Positions 38,240 to 51,000 are shown, counted from the first letter of the whole stretch. The stretch is 61,308 nt of DNA, filler included, from Ionaspis alba (GCA_964255285.1; 9 parts of 9 records of this genome joined end to end with filler, not necessarily neighbours in it); one strand, 5' to 3'. Notes: generated from the sequence alone by a model not told the origin. Numbers and translations: made by a program.

Positions 38240-38319
38240 TGCGAGAAATGATATACTTGATCAACGTTGAATTGAACTCTACAGGCTGTGCGGCTTTAAT
38301 ATTATCAACAAGAATCGAG

Positions 38320-38362
38320 CCGATGACGGACACAGCGCTCTGGATGCCCCTCCGATTTACGG
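38320..38362. promoter_or_regulatory. Candidate Leu3/LeuB binding sites
   Basis: CCG-ATGA-CGG (N4) at 38320-38329 and CCG-ATTTA-CGG (N5) at 38352-38362, 80-125 bp upstream of the LEU1 ATG. Confidence 0.7.
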
Positions 38363-39228
38363 AGACCGAAGCATCCTCGGCTGTGTCAGCGGCCTTGGCA
38401 GGTTTCTGATTGGTGAAGCTGTCAACCTTGGTATGGTGGGCTGAACTACAGTTGCGGACTGTGGTCAATGTAATCGACTACTCTTCTTGTTGAAGAGATC
38501 TTTCGGAGGGTAACGCAGTCTATTCATGAGGGTGAATTTTTACAGTGAAATAAATTTTTCCGTTGTGTCCTTTGATCTCCCAATGTAAAGCTGGGGATTC
38601 AACAAGCAGTGTAGTTTCGAAGCCAAGATTTTGTATTATCCAGTTTCTACAGCCCCTTAGGTGATTCATGAGTATCTATCGTGAGAGGTGACATGATTTG
38701 AAGACCTATCAGCGTTCGTANNNNNNNNNNNNNNNNNNNNNNNNNNNNNNNNNNNNNNNNNNNNNNNNNNNNNNNNNNNNNNNNNNNNNNNNNNNNNNNN
38801 NNNNNNNNNNNNNNNNNNNNTCATGAGTATCTATCGTGAGAGGTGACATGATTTGAAGACCTATCAGCGTTCGTATTACATGCTCACGATTTATCATAAT
38901 ATCTTGGCATCTCATCCCACGGAAATCTATGAACACCTTAGAGTCACGATAATAAGCTGTTTAATATACAATTAGCTCCTCACTTTCTGCATTTTACGTC
39001 GATTTCGGAGATTTTGACTCCTAATGGCTCCCTCCTATGTATGAAATTAGAACCAGGTGAGACCACTGGAATGGGCCTGATGGTGAGAAATCAAGTTGTG
39101 TCACGCTCGTGATTGACGATCCGCAAAATGTCCCCAGACATAGATATACATCATTGAATAGAACTAGAAACTATGGCATCGTATCAACCTAAATCATGAA
39201 GGTGCTATAGAACGAGCTCGTTTCTATC

Positions 39229-40446
39229 TCAAATAAAGTCTGTCTTTTCAGCAGCCGCCAGCAAGCCTTTCAAGTCTAGAAAATCGACTTTACTGAAGTA
39301 TTTTTCCCGTTGTAGGATAGTCTTTGCCCGAGGACATGCGGAACAACCCAGGACCGTCCATTCCTCGAGATGAGCTAGTTCCAGCTGACTAGTGTCTTCA
39401 TCGTTGGCATGCTCAGCGAGAGCGCGGCAGATATCCTCCACGGACTTGTACGATCTCTCGAATGTGCGGCCTATTGCCAGTGTTACTAAGTAGTTGACGG
39501 GTTGAAATGGATCATCATTGTACCATAGAAAGCTTCCATAAGCTCTACTGCCTTGTTGAAAGTGCTCCATTCGCCAGCGACGTATGTTATCGGCTCCTGT
39601 AGAGTCCAGTGAGTATGCCGGAAGATTGGACGTTGAAGATCATAATAATCGGCGAGTAGGATTTGTATTGCACTCACCCATTCAGGACTTGCAAGTAGCT
39701 CAACCAAGGCCTTCCCAACATCTCTAGAAGTCGTCCAAGCCTGAGGCTCATTCCCCGATCCACGGATACAAGCCCGGTAATTCACCGGATCTATCGGAAA
39801 CTCGCCTGCGTAGGCCTTGACATAAGTTTTATCCGGGTGGATGAAGTAGTCCATAAGCCATCCCGGTTCGAAGAGTGTCCATTCAACACCCTTAGATTGC
39901 TTGAGAATGTTGCGGAAAAGCTCTCGTGTATGAGCATACCAGGTCGGCTTGAGAGGGTAGTCATCGATGTTTCCTGCCCATTCTGACGGGATCAGGCGCT
40001 TGCATGTTTTAGATCTTTTGCAGGCGTTGAGAAGAGCTGTATGGACGGTGATATAGCGAGCGTTTGTGAGATTGATAAATGAGACCAGTGCCGTGGCTTG
40101 AACACTATCGAGAATGGAAAGTATGGAGTCCTCGCTGTAGTCGCTGATGTGGACATCGATATCGTGCTCCTCACCCCACTGATGCTTCTGTTGGACGGCA
40201 GCAGGAGATTAGTCTACTACGCCCGGACTTGTCTTTGCGATTGATGATAAACTTTTCGTATTGACGCTAGTAGGAAACAAGGTATTGAAAGCAACATTGA
40301 TTATTTGCAGAATGAAATCATATAGGTACTGCTCTCGAGATCAGAGCCACATCAAATCTCTCGTCTTTGAGGAGCTCTTCGCAAAGGTATCTACCAAGAC
40401 GTCCAACGCCTGCCACAACAACAACAGGACGGGATTTAGCATCCAT
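39229..40446 (-). CDS. NmrA-like / atypical SDR NAD(P)-binding oxidoreductase
   Basis: Exons 40446-40330, 40187-39678, 39596-39524, 39470-39229. Rossmann motif VVVAGVGRLG, CKRLIPSEWAG, EWTLFEPGWLMDY, TSRDVGKA. Confidence 0.87.
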
Positions 40447-40841
40447 GGTACGGGAACTGTTAGTAGGGATGCTAGCTCAATCTACCAAGACGTTAGCCTA
40501 AGCTAGAAGTTATCTATTGTAGACTTATTGTTGGAGGATTGGGACCTTAGATAATTGCAGTCGCCGTCGCTAGACAGCCTTAGTATGCACCCCTCCCGCA
40601 GACAGGGGTAAAATGCCATGGATGGCGTCAAAGTATCCCTAAGAACGCTCCTGTAGGCGAGCATCAGCCCGAACTCATATCAATGGAAAGCTTTCAAGAA
40701 CAGCATCCGGTCAAGAAATTTGATGAGGGGGGTGAAGACCATTTCCCAAACGACAGAAGAGACTCAAAATTGCTTCCGCGCAGGCGATAGCACATCAATT
40801 CGAAAACAGTTGATGTAGACTTCTACTATGTACTTCACTCC

Positions 40842-41021
40842 CTATAAATAAACACCCTGACTCACACTCTCCCTCAGTGGAAGCACCTTCTCACCCATCC
40901 CCTTCACATCCCCACTCCTCCTCCCCTTCACCCCCTTCCTCACTTGCCTCACAACAGTAGCCTCCCTAACCCACCTCGCAACCTTCTCCGCCCTCTCCGT
41001 ACTAATCGGATACTCCCTCCC
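40842..41021 (-). CDS. 3' fragment of a hypothetical protein, truncated at scaffold end
   Basis: 60 open codons from the spacer: GREYPISTERAEKVARWVREA...GVYL*; G-rich codons typical of gene 3' ends in this genome. Confidence 0.5.
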   Translation of the reverse strand, partial: GREYPISTERAEKVARWVREATVVRQVRKGVKGRRSGDVKGMGEKVLPLRESVSQGVYL

Positions 41022-41121
41022 NNNNNNNNNNNNNNNNNNNNNNNNNNNNNNNNNNNNNNNNNNNNTTAATTAATTAANNNNNNNNNNNNNNNNNNNNNNN
41101 NNNNNNNNNNNNNNNNNNNNN
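41022..41121. other. Artificial scaffold-joining spacer
   Basis: N44-TTAATTAATTAA-N44. Confidence 0.98.
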
Positions 41122-43118
41122 ACAGTCTTTGTAGGTGGCTTCCAAGCTTTCATTCTTTGCTCAATCTCCTCATAGCTGACATCCATACTCAGCTCGTTGG
41201 TCTCAGCACTGATGGTCACGATGTCGCCATCCCTGACGACAGCGATGGGTCCACCGACAGCGGCTTCGGGGACAACGTGGCCAACGATGAAACCGTGGCT
41301 GGCGCCACTGTATCTGCCATCTGTGACCAGTGCGACATTGGTAAGCTTGGCACCCATGATGGAAGCACTAGCTTTCAGTTGTTCTGGCATACCGGGCCCT
41401 CCTTTGGGACCTTCGTAGCGGACGATGAGAACAAGGTTTTCACCATGCTTGATTTCACCTTTATTGAGTGCGGCGTCAAGTTGAGATTCCTTATCGAATA
41501 CACGAGCTTTGCCAACAAATTTTGTTCCTTCTTTCCCCGTAATTTTTGCCACTGCTCCACCAGGGGCAAGATTGCCGCGGAGTATTTGGAGATGACCAGT
41601 AGATTTTATGGGGTTAGCGAGAGGGCGGATGATTACTTGATCTTGAGCTAAGGAGGGAAAAGTCTCGACGTTCTGCGCCAATGTCTTACCAGTCACTGTT
41701 GGGATGTCCCCATCGAGGAGACCGGCCGCGATGAGAAGCTTCTGGACAGACGGGACTCCACCAACGTCGTAGAGGTCCGCCATGAAGTATTTTCCAGAAG
41801 GGGCAAGGTCGGCAATGAAAGGAATCTTGTCACTAACCCGTTGAATGTCATCGAGTGTCAGCGGAACACCAGCGGTGGCAGCCATAGCAAGGAAGTGAAC
41901 GACGCCATTTGTCGAGCCTCCTAGAGCCATAGTGATGACCATTGCATTCTCAAAAGACCGTTTTGTGAGGAGGTCACGGGGTCTGATGTTTTGCTCCATA
42001 CATATCCTTATGACTTCGGCTGACTTGGCGCATTCGCGCATCTTGGCAGGAGAGGTAGCAGGAGTGGAGGAAGAGCCCGGTAAAGAGAGACCCATTGATT
42101 CGATAGCTGTGGCCATCGTATTGGCAGTATACATGCCTCCGCAGGCACCAGCACCAGGACAAGCGTGTTGCTCTATCTCGGTCAATATATCGTCCTTCGT
42201 CTTGGTTGTATCACCACCATCGTCAGTGGGTTGTTCCAAGGCATTGTAGAGATATGCACCATGGGCTTCGTAGCAGGTCGAGATGTTTATAGGTTTTCTG
42301 AGCAGATCACTGTATCCGACAGCAATGGTGCCTCCGTATATCATAATAGACGGTCTATTGTGACGGGCCATAGCCATGACACAGCCAGGCATGTTCTTGT
42401 CGCATCCAGGAAGAGTGATGCAAGCATCATGATGCTGAGCGCAGGTGACAGTCTCGATGCTATCAGCAATGATCTCTCTCGTCTGAAGAGAAAATCTCAT
42501 GCCTATGGACGTCAACGCCAATTCAGTTCGCGGAACTGGGCTGGGCTACCTTCTCCACCCATGGTGATGGCGTCCGACACACCGATGGTGTTGTACTGCC
42601 ATGCTAGCATGCCTTGCTTTTGCACAGCATCTTTGACGATCTTGCCAAGATCAAGCACTGTCGCAAAGGTGTTAGTTCTCTTGCTCCAAGCCTCTCAGGA
42701 CAATAGCAGGGTGCACCTGAGTCCCTTACAGCATTACTCACAGTGCATACTGCAGCATTGAGTCAGTGGGCCATGGAGCTAAGAGGTGATTATCTCTGAA
42801 CATACTTGCATGGATTTCCTTCCCACCATACTGAAGCGACACCAACATGAGGGCTGTTCTTCATGGCATTCCGATCTGGCACCCCGGCAGCATAGAGCAT
42901 AGCCTACGTTCAAGACATCAGCATTTTGTTGTGCCTGCTGCGGAGACGACACGTCGATGTACCTGGGCACCGGGAAAGTCGTGGTCTTTGGTGATGGTTG
43001 ATGAGTACTTGTTCAAGACAGGCTTTCCATCTTTCATGGTGCCATCTGGTATATGAGGAAAGTCCAAGAAGCGCGGCTCCTCCGGCCGACTCTGCTTTTC
43101 CAGATTCGCAGTATCCAT
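41122..43118 (-). CDS. ILV3: Dihydroxy-acid dehydratase, paralog without an obvious mitochondrial presequence; 3'-truncated
   Basis: Exons 43118-42963, 42903-42806, 42749-42742, 42657-42550, 42502-41122. Motifs GAQ|AMLYA, GNPCN|MH|LL, VSDAITMG, GCDKNMPG, ACGGMYTANTM, GGSTN, RYEGPKGGPGM and TDGRYSG. Confidence 0.96.
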
Positions 43119-44155
43119 GATGAGAGATGTATAGGGTCACGATCAAACTGTACAATGAGACAAATGGAAGCGAAATACCAAACGAGGTAGCGTCAAGGAA
43201 AGAATGGGTAATGGTAGATACGGGGTCTCTGCTATCTCGAAGACTGCTGGACTGGCCTTTTGCTTGTGACAGAAAGGGGTTTAATGACAAATGGTGACTT
43301 GGGGAATGGAAAAGGGACTTCGGGTCTGGAGATAGAAAACAACAATGCATCACGCGTCAGGTGCATATTTCATGCATGCAGAAGAGGAAGACGGGAAAAG
43401 AAACCTCGTGGCGGAAGCAATTCTTGCACTTCCTCAAAGACGACCCGGGAACGAGAGGCCAACGACCCCGCAAGTACAGGTGGGCGGAAGATGCAAAGAT
43501 GCGAAGAAAAAGTGTACTAGGCGTCCCGAAGGGCCCACTACGATGTCAATCGTGTACCATGACTGGAACTCGGCGTCACATATCCGCTCCCAAGCGCTTG
43601 CGAAATCGGCATTCCCTTGACTGGTTCCAATCGATCTCTGGAGCCTGCCGGTAACTGATGGAATAATAAGTCGAGATCTATTGCTCAATTCTCCGAGAGG
43701 NNNNNNNNNNNNNNNNNNNNNNNNNNNNNNNNNNNNNNNNNNNNNNNNNNNNNNNNNNNNNNNNNNNNNNNNNNNNNNNNNNNNNNNNNNNNNNNNNNNN
43801 ACTAAGGCCTCCCAATCATTTGTTTTTGTGTACCGTGAGATAATGCACAAAGAACAACCTGATGGTACCCTACTCTTGATCTGCTTCGACGATAATGGCC
43901 CATGATAGCTGCGCGAGTAATATGCCCTAATCTCGCAGAAGCAAGCCTTTGGTTTCAAGAACATCGACCTTTTCTCCTGATCTCTTTCTTGTGTCACTGA
44001 CCGCCATTACCATTCTCCATCCAGAAACCAATCTACAGCCAAGCACGTCCGCAGCTGCGCCGACTTGCAACTGTCATTGGTTGCCCAGCTTGCGTCAGGG
44101 ATAGGGAGCTCGGGCTTCAACAACAGTTGAGCCTCGACAGCTGCATCCCATAAGA

Positions 44156-46395
44156 ATGGCGGCATGGCTTCGTGCCTGCTGGCTGCTCGCTTTTCACTGT
44201 CCTTTCCTCGCCACATTCGCTGTCCTCGGCGTTACGGTAACACAAGCGACTTCGACGGCCGGTCTTGATAATCTTGTTAGAACACGCAAAACTACTGCCG
44301 GAGCACTTCAACGATACCTACAACCCCTCGATGGCTTCGTGAAATCGTTGGTCGCTCAGCCATACGAACGCTTCACACGCGGTGGCCTCGGCTGTTGGGA
44401 TATGGTCGCGTTGCTGGCAGCGTGCAGTGTTGTTCAAGCCTATAGACTTTGGAAGCAACGGTCGAGGGAGGATGCTGGGCAACCTGTCAGAGCCAGAGGG
44501 AGTGTCGAGAAGCTGCGAAGCTCGACTGACACACCGAGACGGTCTACACAGTTCGGTGCGTCATGCAGGCATGTTCACAGATCGTTATTGTACTGACAGA
44601 TGCGATTTCAGACCCTGCTTCTACCGACCCCGGTCTTCTTAGAAAGCATTCAACCTTTCGTTCATACACCACTTCTGTTGCAACGTATCCTTCGATACGT
44701 GTCTTCTATCGCCCACACCCTCAAGCTGACAAACTCCCAAATAAGCCTACACCTCTTCCTCTTCTTGTCTTTGTACATGGCTTGGGCGGCTCCCTCGCCC
44801 AATTCCACCCACTTCTTACCAGTCTCGTCAATGTTGCGCCTTGTCTTGGCATTGATCTGCCCGGCTGCGGACTTTCGCAATTCTCACCACAGTCGTGGGA
44901 AGCATATTCTGTCGAGGCGCTTGCTGAGCTTGTGAGAGTCATCGTAATGGAACAATGTGACATCAATGCTGGTCAAGAGGTCGTATTGATTGGGCATAGC
45001 ATGGGCTGCTCTTTATCAGCACTGCTGTCATCGCAAATATCGCCCATCCATAAACTGCTCAATTTCGATATCATCGGGCAAATCGCAATATGTCCCAAAG
45101 CTTCTAGACCATCTTACAAGCAAGTGCTCAGCTTTAGGAAACTACTGAATATTCCGACGCCAATTTTCGATCTTTGGAGGAGATGGGATAGACGCGGAGG
45201 CACGGAGAGTGCCAGTGTCACTCGATTTGTCGGCCACAAATCAGACCTGGAAACTAAAAAGCTCCAGGAAAAGTTCAATGCACAGAGTCAAACTGCAGTC
45301 TGGCGACGAATGGCTTCGGGTGCTGTCCCACACCCTCTCCCTGGTGAGAGACTTGAAGGTGGATTACCAGGACCTGAAATATGGGCTGGAATATCACTAC
45401 CACTGTACCTCATTGCTGGCGAGGCGGACGACATCACTAAGTCGGAAGAAATAGCAGTCATTAGTACTGCTTTGGGTAAAGCAGTGGGAGGACCGCCGAC
45501 GTCAAATGCGAAATCAAAGGAAACTGTGTCTCAGACCGCAGCTTCCGAAGTGGAAGTTCCTCCTTCCAATAATCCAAACTCTATCAATCATGACGAGACA
45601 TGTGGGCAGAGGGCATCCAGCACCGAGACCACTTTAGTCGAGAGAAATGGTTCAACACAATCGAGCAGAAGCACGAGATTTTCCGAGAAGAAGATAGTCC
45701 TCAAGACAAGTATTTTACCCAGCCCAGCAAACCATGCACTTCTCTACGATCAAGCGACGTATCGTACCTTGGCTGGCCTCATACAGTCTTTCTTGGCCGA
45801 CCACATCGACAGTCGGCTTTCACTAGGCTGGCAGCTTCAACATCTCTCGACCGAAGGCAAATGGGATGTCAAGAACCTGGCCAAATGGCAGGCGGTCAAA
45901 CCTGTCTCGGAGCCCATTGCAGATGTCTTTCGAGCTATGAAGACGCTGCGGGAGATTGACGAAACACACTCTCCCTCTATATTTGTACAGGAATGGAAAG
46001 ACAAACTTAAGGCTGTCATCGATATCAGTCATGAGAGTCCTGTCTACGATCCTCGAAAGCTCGACGAAGGAGGAGTCGAGTATCACAAGTTCCCTACCGT
46101 CTCCAAAATACCTCCAACGCCGGAGGAAGTCAAAGACTTCATCGCGCTTGTTGATCGAATCAGGACGGCGTCGTCACACGAAGACCCTCGGTTGATAGGT
46201 GTGCATTGTCACTACGGCTTCAATCGGACTGGATTTTTCATCTGTTCTTATCTGATTGAGAGGGAGGGCTTTAGCGTGCAGCGGGCAATTGATGAATTCC
46301 AGGCTAAGCGACCTCCTGGTATTCGGCATGATCATTTTATAGATACCCTGTTTGTTAGATATTGTGTTGGGCTCAAGAGAGCTCCTACATTGTGA
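44156..46395 (+). CDS. Fusion protein: hydrophobic N-terminus, alpha/beta hydrolase and cysteine (dual-specificity/RNA triphosphatase-like) phosphatase
   Basis: Intron 44556-44611 (or 44599). Hydrolase motifs VFVHGLGG, GIDLPGCG, GHSMG, AGEADDIT, NHAL; phosphatase P-loop GVHCHYGFNRTGFFIC and RPPGI. The start codon (44156 or 44165) is uncertain. Confidence 0.9.
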
Positions 46396-46765
46396 TAGAT
46401 TAATTAAGCGTGACTGCATCGACAAGCACAGGAACACTGATCTGTGCTACAGAGTATGACTTTTTGATATCCTGCAGGTCGAGAAACCCTCCATTATATC
46501 CCATAAGCCCACAAGCCCATGAACACGTGGAGGATTGTCCAATTCCTTGTTCGATAGCCTTCTCTATCAACGTTCCCATGCTTCACAAGCCAGATGTATT
46601 CCAGGAGGTAAACGTACTAGGGTTTTAGCATGGATTATGTATAGGGCTGAACTAAGCGAGAGCCGCCCACATACAATTCCGGGATTTCGAGATCACCAAG
46701 TCAAGACAGCGAGGTTCTACAACAAACGATTGACAAGCCGCGCGTTCAAACACACAGCCGCCATC

Positions 46766-47797
46766 ATGCCTGGAGGCGTCAGTGTTCGTGATGTCGATGT
46801 GAGTACTCTCCATTTCCGAGATCTTGGGTAGTCCCTAGAGGGAAAGAGCAGAAGGCAATTGTGCTATCATTAGCTTTGCGAGACAATAGATCAGCCAGGA
46901 CATAGGAGGAAACATAATCTGTGATGATTGGGAAGACAAAATAGAGCTGAGGCTGACGGTGATCATGATCACGACAGGCGCAAAAGTTCATTAATGCATA
47001 TTCCGCCTTCTTGAAGAGACAGGGAAAACTCCCAATTCCTGGTTCGTTGCACTACTTCACACATCGCAGGATAAATGCGCGAGCTGTCGGCTTTGCACGT
47101 ATGGAAGTGTTGTGCTGACCGGGGTATTATTTGGGCTACAGGTTGGGTCGACACGGTCAAGACTTCGCATTCGAATGAACTCCCTCCTCAATCAATCGAC
47201 TGGTATGTGCCTCTCACACATTTCTCAATACGGATGTGTTACCAAAACTACGTTATCCTTGGTCACCAGGCGATTGCTTCTCGCACACTCACCAAATGTC
47301 TTCCTTCGAATAACCGCACTGACGCAACCATTCACAGGTTCTATACCCGAGCCGCTTCCGTAGCCCGACATGTCTACCTTCGTAAAACCGTCGGCGTTGG
47401 CCGCCTCCGAAAAGTCCACGGCTCGACCAAGAACCGAGGATCAAGACCAAGTCATCATGTCGATGCGAGCGGAAGTGTAGACCGGAAGGTCATGCAGGCG
47501 TTGGAGAAGATCGGTGTGCTCGAGAAAGATGAGGATAAGGGAGGGCGGAGGATTACGCAAAGTGGGAGACGGGATTTGGATCGTGAGTTACATTCATCCT
47601 TGTCACTCTTTCATGGAGAGAATGTAGTCGGAAACTTGGATTAGCGGAATTCGAGACAAGTCGAGGGCGGAGTCGAGGAAGACTTTAAAAAGCATTGGAT
47701 GACAGGGAACACAAACATGATCGGTTAGGGCATTTGCTGAGATTTCTCTTCCCATAGGTATTGCGCAGACAACCATCGAGGAGAGCGAGGGCGAGGA
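46766..47797 (+). CDS. RPS19: 40S ribosomal protein eS19, last codons truncated
   Basis: Exons 46766-46798, 46978-47041, 47142-47202, 47338-47582, 47758-47797: MPGGVSVRDVD|AQKFI..LKRQGKLPIPG|WVDTVKT..ELPP..DW|FYTRAASVARHVY..GRRDLDR|IA. Confidence 0.97.
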
Positions 47798-47897
47798 NNN
47801 NNNNNNNNNNNNNNNNNNNNNNNNNNNNNNNNNNNNNNNNNTTAATTAATTAANNNNNNNNNNNNNNNNNNNNNNNNNNNNNNNNNNNNNNNNNNNN
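47798..47897. other. Artificial scaffold-joining spacer
   Basis: N44-TTAATTAATTAA-N44. Confidence 0.98.
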
Positions 47898-48062
47898 GTG
47901 CTGCAGCTTCAGTCTCGCCTGGAAACTGCTGGTCACAAGTTGAATTCTCCGAATTATCCTGAGCGCTGTGCGAAAGACCAGAAGGCTCTCCTTGTAAGAG
48001 CTTCCTTAGGGCTATTCGAGACGCAATACGTGCTTCACCGCAGAACACACACATACCAAGGG

Positions 48063-51000
48063 ATGTCAACCTTGGCTCCAAGCGCAGTGAGCGAGATGAA
48101 GGTATCTACACCGAACTTTTCGTACGCTCAAGCGGCCAAGGGTCGATCGCCTTCGCTCTCTACGACCTCGCCGCCTACCAAATCAAATCCGGATATTATG
48201 GATTCCACCTCAAGCACTCCTTCTTCACAGAATTCACCTCAGTCCGACAGGACGCAAGATACAGCACGGGCACGCAGGGCGAGCGAAGGTCAAATCACGA
48301 AGGAGACACTCCGGGGAATAGGTCCCAAAAGTGATATGGGGCCACAAGTAGACGCACCCAGTATAGAGTTTACTGAGCCAATTGCGGCGCAGGAAGCCGC
48401 AGATTCACAGACCATTCCCACTCCTTCGGCACCTTCATCTCCTAGTTACGGTACCACTTCGATCTCTACACTACCAAAGGAAGATGATGTCTTTGCCACA
48501 CCGAACGGGTCCTCGGAATCAACATGGGAGAAGTTATCACAGACATCACAAAATGGAGAAAAAGCTGTTGACAAGGTCAACGAAGACGACGAAGACTCTA
48601 AGCTCTCATCATGGGAGCATGTCCCTCCTAGTGCTCAGCTCAAAGAGGCCCCTCAGCCAGCTTTCAATATCTGGCAGAAACGAGCCATGGATGCGCAAGC
48701 AAAGGCCAAACCACTGCAAAATACGGGTGGCGCTAGCCACAGCAAAGACGTCGGGCAAGCTCCAGGAACAAGAAAAGGCGCAGAGGCAATTATGGATGCG
48801 GGTAAAGGCGACAAGAGGAGGAAATCTGTGGCCGGTTTGCAAGCGGGAGAAGAGAAGAACAACTCAAGTTCTGGCAAAGAGCCTGGGAAGCCAGTTGACG
48901 GTAAGCATAGGTTCCCGGAAGGCAATTTTGTTTCGTCTTCCTACTGCTGTGATTGGAGGCTAAGATACTCCGCAGAGAAGAACACTTCTAAAGGGACTCG
49001 TTCACCTGAGACAGTGAAGCCTGCAGCAGTCTCAGTTCCACCTCCACCACCTGGAGACGCGATATCGTGGCCAACTCCAGATAGTGCCACCCAAGATGGA
49101 GAGAAGAAGAAGCAGCAAGACCGGAGCGAGAAGGGCGACAAGGAGAAACCGTCCTCCTCTAAGTCACATGGCAAAGAAAAATGGGTGACTGTACCCTATG
49201 TTCCTACGGCCGTTTTCAACACACCTTTGCCACCCAGTCGGCGTGGAGGACGACCTTCTCGTGGAGGAGGCAGGGAAAGTGGAGGTAGAGGTGGCCATGC
49301 TGTGCATGGAAGTGTGTCAGGTGACAGACCTTCTGGTATTACGGGTCCTGCTGGTGTACCTCCTGCATCGGGAAATGATCGAACCAGAGGAGAGATGGGT
49401 CCACCAAGAGGGGGCGCTCTTTCGTCAAGACCGAAGAGAGCTTCGAGTGCGGGACCGCCCACTGTGCGGGATCAGAGGAAAACAGACACTTTAATACCAG
49501 AACGACGCAACGCAGGTCAGACGGCACTGCAAAGACCGTTTCAGAACTCTCGTCCTCAACCTAGCGAAAGTCGAAGGACTTCTACGGCCACTCAGACCGA
49601 CATATCACATGGTGGCNNNNNNNNNNNNNNNNNNNNNNNNNNNNNNNNNNNNNNNNNNNNNNNNNNNNNNNNNNNNNNNNNNNNNNNNNNNNNNNNNNNN
49701 NNNNNNNNNNNNNNNNAGAAATTCCCATCCAACGGCGTAGATCGAGAACAGGGACAGCAAGCCGTTCATCAAGATCATGCGCATCCAAGAACTACACCAG
49801 ATCGAAGAAGCGAAGGTTCAATGAGGCCACCGGATATCACACGAGACATGAATGGCTTCATGGGTTCACGCGAGCGAGGCGAAGGTAGGCCTGATAGGGG
49901 TAGGGGAGGGTTCCGAGGCAGAGGCGGTCACAATGGCTTCAACAATCACTCCGTTAACGGTCAGAATTTCGTGAACGGACAATCTAATAATCCCGGAGCT
50001 CAGGGCTTTACCACTTCCAAACCTCAACCATATGAGGCACGACATGGTTCACATCCACAAGCGCCGCCATTCGTACCACAGCGTGATACACGAAACTATC
50101 GTCCTGCTTCAAGATCACAATCCATTCCCAATCCGACTGGCTTTGGCAGATATCCAAATGGTGGACCACCTACTGGGTCTCAACATCTGCCTGCCTTGCA
50201 AACCGATCTAGCTAATATGTATGGCTATCAGCTCGGCCATCCGGGTGTCATGAGCGCTTTGCCGTATCAACCATATCTGGAGCAGATGCATCTACTTGGT
50301 ATGGTGCAAATGCAAATGTATGTCAATTAAATCTCTTAGTTTCGCAATGACTAACGCACAGCAGGGAATACTATTTCTCAATAGATAATCTACTAAAGGA
50401 TATGTTTCTTCGCAAACAAATGGATTCTCAAGGATTCGTCTTTCTCAGCGTCATAGTCAAATTCAACCGCATCCGACAGCTTACGTCCGACATCGATCTG
50501 ATCCGATACGTCTGCAGGATTTCACCCGGTATTGAATTTCAGACAGGACTTGATGGGATCGATCGAGTTCGAAAAGTCGAAGGATGGCAGCAATGGATTC
50601 TCAGCATGGAGGAAAGAGACACTGCAGCACAGAATGATGGTCCGGTGCTGATGCAACAGGCCCAGGTACCTCCGATGGTGCCATGGGAAAACATCTATCG
50701 TGGGTCAAATGGTGCCCCGGCCCTTTCTCCACGGCATACTTTTCCTACCTCCCAAAATATGCTGGATATGCTTAACTTCCAGCCGCCCCCAGTGAACAGT
50801 GCTCCTTCCAATCAAGCACCCCCTTCACCGGAGAAGACACCAGATAGACATGTCACCGACAAACAGGTTTCTCAAACTCCACTGTCTGCCGCTGTTCCGG
50901 ACTTTACACCTTCACTGCAACCCGTCAGTAGTTGGAATCTATCACCTCTGGATCCACAAGCACATCCGGAAAACTCGTTCTCAGACGAACAGATTGAAAG

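Noticed and set aside
35771..43118. LEU1 and ILV3 (and niiA) as a branched-chain amino acid or nitrogen gene cluster
   Set aside because: They lie on different scaffolds separated by artificial spacers; the proximity comes from length sorting
46799..46977. Intronic box C/D snoRNA in RPS19 intron 1 (GTGATGA at 46921, CTGA at 46947)
   Set aside because: The boxes span only ~30 nt and abut the branch point; no terminal stem or recognisable rRNA guide
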